Source: Escherichia phage vB_EcoP-22664UKE3-2
Strand: one strand, 5' to 3'
Length of the DNA stretch: 40,482 bases
Sequence record: MZ234011.1
In this document: in pieces, positions 36,128 through 40,482 of the stretch
Position numbering within the stretch: the stretch's first letter is position 1
Layout: each line of letters starts with the position of its first letter
The notes under the pieces: model-generated
What the model was told of the DNA's origin: nothing
The model's database searches: none
Seen by the model: only the letters and a program-made list of their open reading frames with translations
Made by a program: the position numbers and the translations under genes

Positions 36128-36598
36128 ATGTATATTCGCAAGGCTACGGAACCAGATGTCCACTACTTTCTGTGGCATCTTTCAGCAGATGATGTTAATG
36201 AATGCAAAGCAAACTACGGGTCAACCGTGGGTCTCTCAGAGAGACTGCTTAAGCACCTATCTCCATCATCTGTGGTTTTAACGAACGGTGTAGGTGAAGT
36301 GTTTGCCTATGGTGGAAACCAAGGGGATAACGTATGGTTCTTGACTTCTGGTCTGGTCTACAAGCTGGGGCCTAAAGAGAAGCGAGAGTTCATAAAGTGT
36401 ATCTCTGAGTACAGGGACTTAATGTTAGACCAATACGGGACCATCTGGAACTACGTGTGGTCAGGCAATAAGTCTCACATTAAATTCTTGAAGTTGCTTG
36501 GCGCTAAATTCCATGATGATTGGACTGTAAGCCCGGTAACTGGTGAGCGTTTTCAACTATTCACTATCTCTAAGGAGGACGTATGTGCGAGCCAGTAA
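36128..36598 (+). CDS. Internal virion protein A (gp13-like, by position)
   Basis: 156-aa ORF between the phi13-like promoter and gp14; RBS AAGGAGA upstream. Confidence 0.6.
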   Translation: MYIRKATEPDVHYFLWHLSADDVNECKANYGSTVGLSERLLKHLSPSSVVLTNGVGEVFAYGGNQGDNVWFLTSGLVYKLGPKEKREFIKCISEYRDLMLDQYGTIWNYVWSGNKSHIKFLKLLGAKFHDDWTVSPVTGERFQLFTISKEDVCASQ

Positions 36599-37170
36599 GT
36601 ATCGGCATGGGTATTATGGCTGTAGCTGGTGCCGCTATGTCCGCTTCTAGTCAGGCCAAAGCTGAGGGTGCTGCTATCGACGCTCAGAACCGTCAGGCTC
36701 AGGAGATGGTTAAGCAGATGAACTACTCTGACGCCAACCTGAAGATGCAGGAGCGAGACCTGAAGGAGCAGCAGATGGCTGAACTGACAGAGACCACGTT
36801 AAACGGTATCCGCAATCAGGGTATGGTCCGAGCTGCGGTAGCTGAGTCCGGTCTGGAAGGTAACTCTATGGACAGGATTGAACGTCAAGTCGCGGGAGAC
36901 ACAGTCAAGGAGAGAGCCGGGATTACCGAAAGCTACAACCGTGACTATGCGGCTATCTTCGGGAACCGTATCGCCAACATTGAGAACACCAAGTCTGCTA
37001 TCCGTGGTCAAGGTAAAATCATCAAGACCAGCCCACTAGCTCATGCACTTAATGTTGCTAACGCCGGGATGCAAGGGTACGCTGCTGGCAAGTCAATATC
37101 TGGGGCATCAAGCTCCGGTGGTGCCGCACCGATTAGTGCTGCTAAAGGCACACCTACAGGTCATAGCTAA
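36583..37170 (+). CDS. Internal virion protein B (T7 gp14-like)
   Basis: 195 aa; SMDRIERQVAGDTVKERAGITESYNRDYAAIFGN and C-terminal AAKGTPTG parallel T7 gp14. Confidence 0.85.
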   Translation: MCEPVSIGMGIMAVAGAAMSASSQAKAEGAAIDAQNRQAQEMVKQMNYSDANLKMQERDLKEQQMAELTETTLNGIRNQGMVRAAVAESGLEGNSMDRIERQVAGDTVKERAGITESYNRDYAAIFGNRIANIENTKSAIRGQGKIIKTSPLAHALNVANAGMQGYAAGKSISGASSSGGAAPISAAKGTPTGHS

Positions 37171-37181
37171 GAGGAGGACTA

Positions 37182-39464
37182 ATGGCTAGTAATATTGAAT
37201 CAGCTCTGGCTAATCGGACTATGGGTCGTGGCAGGGCTCCGGGTAAAACTATCGCCGTCAACTATCAAGCAGCCAGCGTTCAGGCTCCAACTGGTGACTC
37301 AGGTCTTGCTCGGGCGTTAACCAACTTCGTTGAGTCTGGTACTGGATTATACAAGCAGTTCAAAGACGAGGAGAAGACACGGGCCGACGAGCGGTCTAAC
37401 GAGATTATCCGTAAGCTGACACCTCAGCAAAGACGTGAGGCTATCCAGAACGGTACATTGCTGTATCAGGATGACCCTTACGCTATGGAAGCACTTCGAG
37501 TCAAGACGGGCCGTAACGCTGCCTTTGCGGTTGATGACGAGATTAACGTTAAGATTCAGAACGGTGAGTTCCGTACACGTCAGGACATGGAAGAGTATCG
37601 CCACCAGAGACTTCAGGACGCCGCTAAGTCCTATGCTGAAGAGGCGGGTATTAACCCTACCGACGAGTTCTTCCAGCGCGGGTTCAACGATAACATCACA
37701 GACCGAAACATCGCTATCTATGGGTCTTTCAATAAGTATTTCAGCAAGCAGTCTGAAGAGACAGCAATGTTGAACACTCGTATTGAGATGAACTCGTTCC
37801 TTAACGATGGGGACCTGATGCGTTCGCCTGAGTCTGGAAAGACCTTCATGGCCTACCTTCGGGATGGACTGACGACTGCTGCTATCCCTTCTGACCAGCG
37901 AGCACGAGAGGTAATCACCCAGACGGTCCGTGACGCAATCCAGAAGTCAGGAGGCTCAAGCTTCCTACAGCAAGTCCGTGGCGAGCGTATCACCCTTAAC
38001 GGTATTGATGCTACCATCGAAGAGATTGTAGGCCCTGACGTCTTCAATGCTGCTGTGGTTGAGGCTCAAGGTACCGAGTACAAGTTGGTGGCTAAGTATC
38101 AGGAAGACTTATCGTTAGGCGTTCAGTCTGCGATTCTTCAGGACGACCCAACCATCGGTCTGGCCCAGATTCAGAAACTCAAGGAGCAGAACAACCTGCT
38201 TCAGCCGGGGGAAGAACTCACGCCTCAGCGTCAGATGCTTATTAATGCCGAAGCCAGCTTACTGGAAGCGGTCAAGCGTAAGTCTGCTGAACAGGCGAAG
38301 GAGAACACTAAGTTAATCCAGACTCAGAACAAGCAACTGGTCATCGACCAAGTGTATCAGCGACGTCTGGCTGGGGACAACGTGTCCACCAACTATGAGG
38401 ACCTTCCGGTCTCTGAAGCTACAGGAGAGTTCAAGCGTTCAGACATGAACAACTATGCGTCTGCAAAGCTACAGCAGATTGACCAGATGGACATCCCTGA
38501 GGCTGCTAAGGACGCTCAGAAGGTGGCATTGTTAAGAGCTGACACTAACAACGGTCCGTTCCGTAATGCATTCCAGACGCTTACTCAGGACGCTGCTGGT
38601 GAGTGGCAAGCTGCGGTCATCCGTGGACAGTACGACCCAGACAAGATGCAACGCTTCGAGTCTCTTCGTCGTGCCTACACTCAGGACCCTTCAAGTTTTG
38701 CTGCTCTGTATCCTGACCAAGCTCAGTTGTTCTCTACGTTCGACCAGATGGACAAGATGGGTCTGGACCCTCAGACGATGATTGAAGCTGATAAGCAAGC
38801 TGCAAGTCAAAGCCGTGAGATGCGCATGGAGTCAGACAAGGCGTGGCAGGAGCTGAAGAACGACTCCAAGAACACCCAGTTGTCTCGCCTCCCAACGTCT
38901 CTGGACTCAAGTGCTCGTAAGGTATGGGACTCATGGTACTACCGTACAGGTAACGCTGATGCTGCAACTCAGCAGACTCAACGATGGCTGAATGAAAATA
39001 CCGTAACGTTCCAGTCTGAAGGTTCTGACGGTAAGTCCATCGGCATGGTGTCAAAGCACCAGCTTATGGTCGGGGATAACCCAGAGTCGTGGCAGGTTGG
39101 TCGAGACATTATCGACACCGCTCGTAAGCAGCTCATTAAGGCCAACCCTTGGGTAGTGAACTCTCAGTTGTCCGTTGTTGAACAGAACGGCTCTATCTTC
39201 CTCCAAGACGCTACAGGGACTATTCGTATTCGCTACGATAAAGAACTTGTAGGTAAACTCTACCGCGAACAACAGCAGAAGGCACAAGATGCCGCATACG
39301 CTCAGGCAGAACGTGACGCTAACAAGCGAGCGCGTATCGTCAGGACTAAAACTGCTGGTGACAAACGTCGAGCTGACCGAGAGGCCAACATCGAGAAGCG
39401 CGGAGGGATGTACAATGACGTCTCATTGGAGGGTATCGCAAACGTACTAATCGGTAAGGAGTAA
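37182..39464 (+). CDS. Internal virion protein C (T7 gp15-like)
   Basis: 760-aa ORF at the gp15 position and size; RBS AGAGGAGG upstream. Confidence 0.9.
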   Translation: MASNIESALANRTMGRGRAPGKTIAVNYQAASVQAPTGDSGLARALTNFVESGTGLYKQFKDEEKTRADERSNEIIRKLTPQQRREAIQNGTLLYQDDPYAMEALRVKTGRNAAFAVDDEINVKIQNGEFRTRQDMEEYRHQRLQDAAKSYAEEAGINPTDEFFQRGFNDNITDRNIAIYGSFNKYFSKQSEETAMLNTRIEMNSFLNDGDLMRSPESGKTFMAYLRDGLTTAAIPSDQRAREVITQTVRDAIQKSGGSSFLQQVRGERITLNGIDATIEEIVGPDVFNAAVVEAQGTEYKLVAKYQEDLSLGVQSAILQDDPTIGLAQIQKLKEQNNLLQPGEELTPQRQMLINAEASLLEAVKRKSAEQAKENTKLIQTQNKQLVIDQVYQRRLAGDNVSTNYEDLPVSEATGEFKRSDMNNYASAKLQQIDQMDIPEAAKDAQKVALLRADTNNGPFRNAFQTLTQDAAGEWQAAVIRGQYDPDKMQRFESLRRAYTQDPSSFAALYPDQAQLFSTFDQMDKMGLDPQTMIEADKQAASQSREMRMESDKAWQELKNDSKNTQLSRLPTSLDSSARKVWDSWYYRTGNADAATQQTQRWLNENTVTFQSEGSDGKSIGMVSKHQLMVGDNPESWQVGRDIIDTARKQLIKANPWVVNSQLSVVEQNGSIFLQDATGTIRIRYDKELVGKLYREQQQKAQDAAYAQAERDANKRARIVRTKTAGDKRRADREANIEKRGGMYNDVSLEGIANVLIGKE

Positions 39465-39466
39465 AC

Positions 39467-39916
39467 ATGAAGAACGGGACAGCCAGTGAGAGACTGGCAG
39501 AACTGTCAGTAGCTGAAGAGTCTGGCTGTATCCGATTCACAGGCCACTTAGACGGAGAAGGATACGGAAGGATAATGGTGGCTAGGGTTAAGTATATGGC
39601 ACATCGTCTCTCCTACTCCATAAATAAGGGGCCAATACCAGATGGCTATGTTGTTAGGCATAAATGTGATAATCCATCATGCATAAATCCTGAACACCTT
39701 GAAGTAGGAACGCAGGCTGACAACATTGCAGATAAGGTATCCAGAGGCCGACAGGCAAGAGGTAGTGGAGCAGGCAGAGCTATACTGACAGAGGAATCTG
39801 TTAGGGAAATACGCTCCAGTCCATTAAAAGTATCTGAGCTTTCCACCTTATACGGGGTAAGCGTCGTTTCCATACGAAATATATTGAGGAGAAAGACATG
39901 GCAACACGTGGCGTAA
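39467..39916 (+). CDS. HNH homing endonuclease inserted between gp15 and gp16
   Basis: GCIRFTGHLDGEGYGRIMVARVKYMAHRLSYSINKGPIPDGYVVRHKCDNPSCINPEHLEVGTQADN is a classical HNH motif; overlaps the gp16 start by 19 nt. Confidence 0.8.
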   Translation: MKNGTASERLAELSVAEESGCIRFTGHLDGEGYGRIMVARVKYMAHRLSYSINKGPIPDGYVVRHKCDNPSCINPEHLEVGTQADNIADKVSRGRQARGSGAGRAILTEESVREIRSSPLKVSELSTLYGVSVVSIRNILRRKTWQHVA

Positions 39917-40482
39917 GGAACGCAAATCCGGGCAATATCCGTAAGTCCAAAGACCAGTGGGAAGGTGCTATAGGCGATGATGGTGCATTCGTTATCTTCG
40001 ACAGTCCTGAATCTGGGGTCCGAGCATTAGCGAAAAACCTTCAAAGCTACGGTCGCCAAGGTTATGACTCTATCGAGAAGATTATCAACAGATGGGCACC
40101 TCCGAGCGAGAACGACACTCAGTCCTACATCGACTCGGTTGTATCTGCTACTGGTATTCCTGCAACTCAAAGTCTCGACCTATCTGACCCTGACACCCTG
40201 TCTTCTCTGGCACAAGCTATCAGCTTCCATGAGACAGGCTCACGGTACGACCCTGAAGTCTATCAGAAGGGAGTCGCACGGGCACTCAACGGCATTAGCC
40301 CAAAGACTCCACCAGTAAGCGCTAACGTATTTGACGCACTCACGGAAGGACTCAAGTCTAAACCTAAAGTAGCTCTGGGTGAGAACCTTCCGACCGCTGC
40401 TGGTCTTAACATTGAGGGTCAAGCACCTGAAGCTCCCAACGAATCGTTCGGTGAGATGTTCTATAAGTCTACTGGCGAGACC
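39898..40482 (+). CDS. Internal virion protein D (gp16), N-terminal 195 aa; continues in frame at window position 1
   Basis: ORF runs off the window end with no stop; its last residues (...FGEMFYKSTGET) and the first residues of the window (MQEREERSTWFGF...) are contiguous relative to T7 gp16 (...WETHGETLDEYNSRSTFFGF). Confidence 0.85.
   Translation, partial: MATRGVRNANPGNIRKSKDQWEGAIGDDGAFVIFDSPESGVRALAKNLQSYGRQGYDSIEKIINRWAPPSENDTQSYIDSVVSATGIPATQSLDLSDPDTLSSLAQAISFHETGSRYDPEVYQKGVARALNGISPKTPPVSANVFDALTEGLKSKPKVALGENLPTAAGLNIEGQAPEAPNESFGEMFYKSTGET

Overview
The window is a complete, circularly permuted genome of a T7-like lytic podophage (Autographiviridae, T7 supergroup). All genes are on the + strand in canonical T7 order, and the internal virion protein gp16 reading frame runs off the window end (39898..40482) and continues in frame at base 1. 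I recognised by sequence: Ocr, RNA polymerase, gp1.1, gp1.2, DNA ligase, gp1.7, gp2, SSB gp2.5, endonuclease I, lysozyme/amidase, primase-helicase, DNA polymerase, gp5.5, gp5.7, exonuclease, gp6.7, gp7.3, portal, scaffold, capsid 10A (with a -1 frameshift 10B extension), tail tubular A/B, gp14, gp15, gp16, tail fibre, holin, small terminase, Rz/Rz1 and large terminase. Eleven phage-RNAP promoters share the core CTAAACTATCACTATAGGGA. Features outside the T7 core are: two unknown early genes upstream of ocr, each bracketed by repeated RNase III-like hairpins; no gp0.7 kinase; two HNH endonucleases; an unknown 164-aa gene between gp3 and gp3.5; a small ASCH/DUF3850-like gene between gp11 and gp12; a chimeric tailspike-type gp17; and a degenerate tRNA-like element upstream of gene 4. 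No integrase, CRISPR array or lysogeny module was seen. All homology statements rest on my own reading of the translations and recall of T7 proteins; no database search was run.
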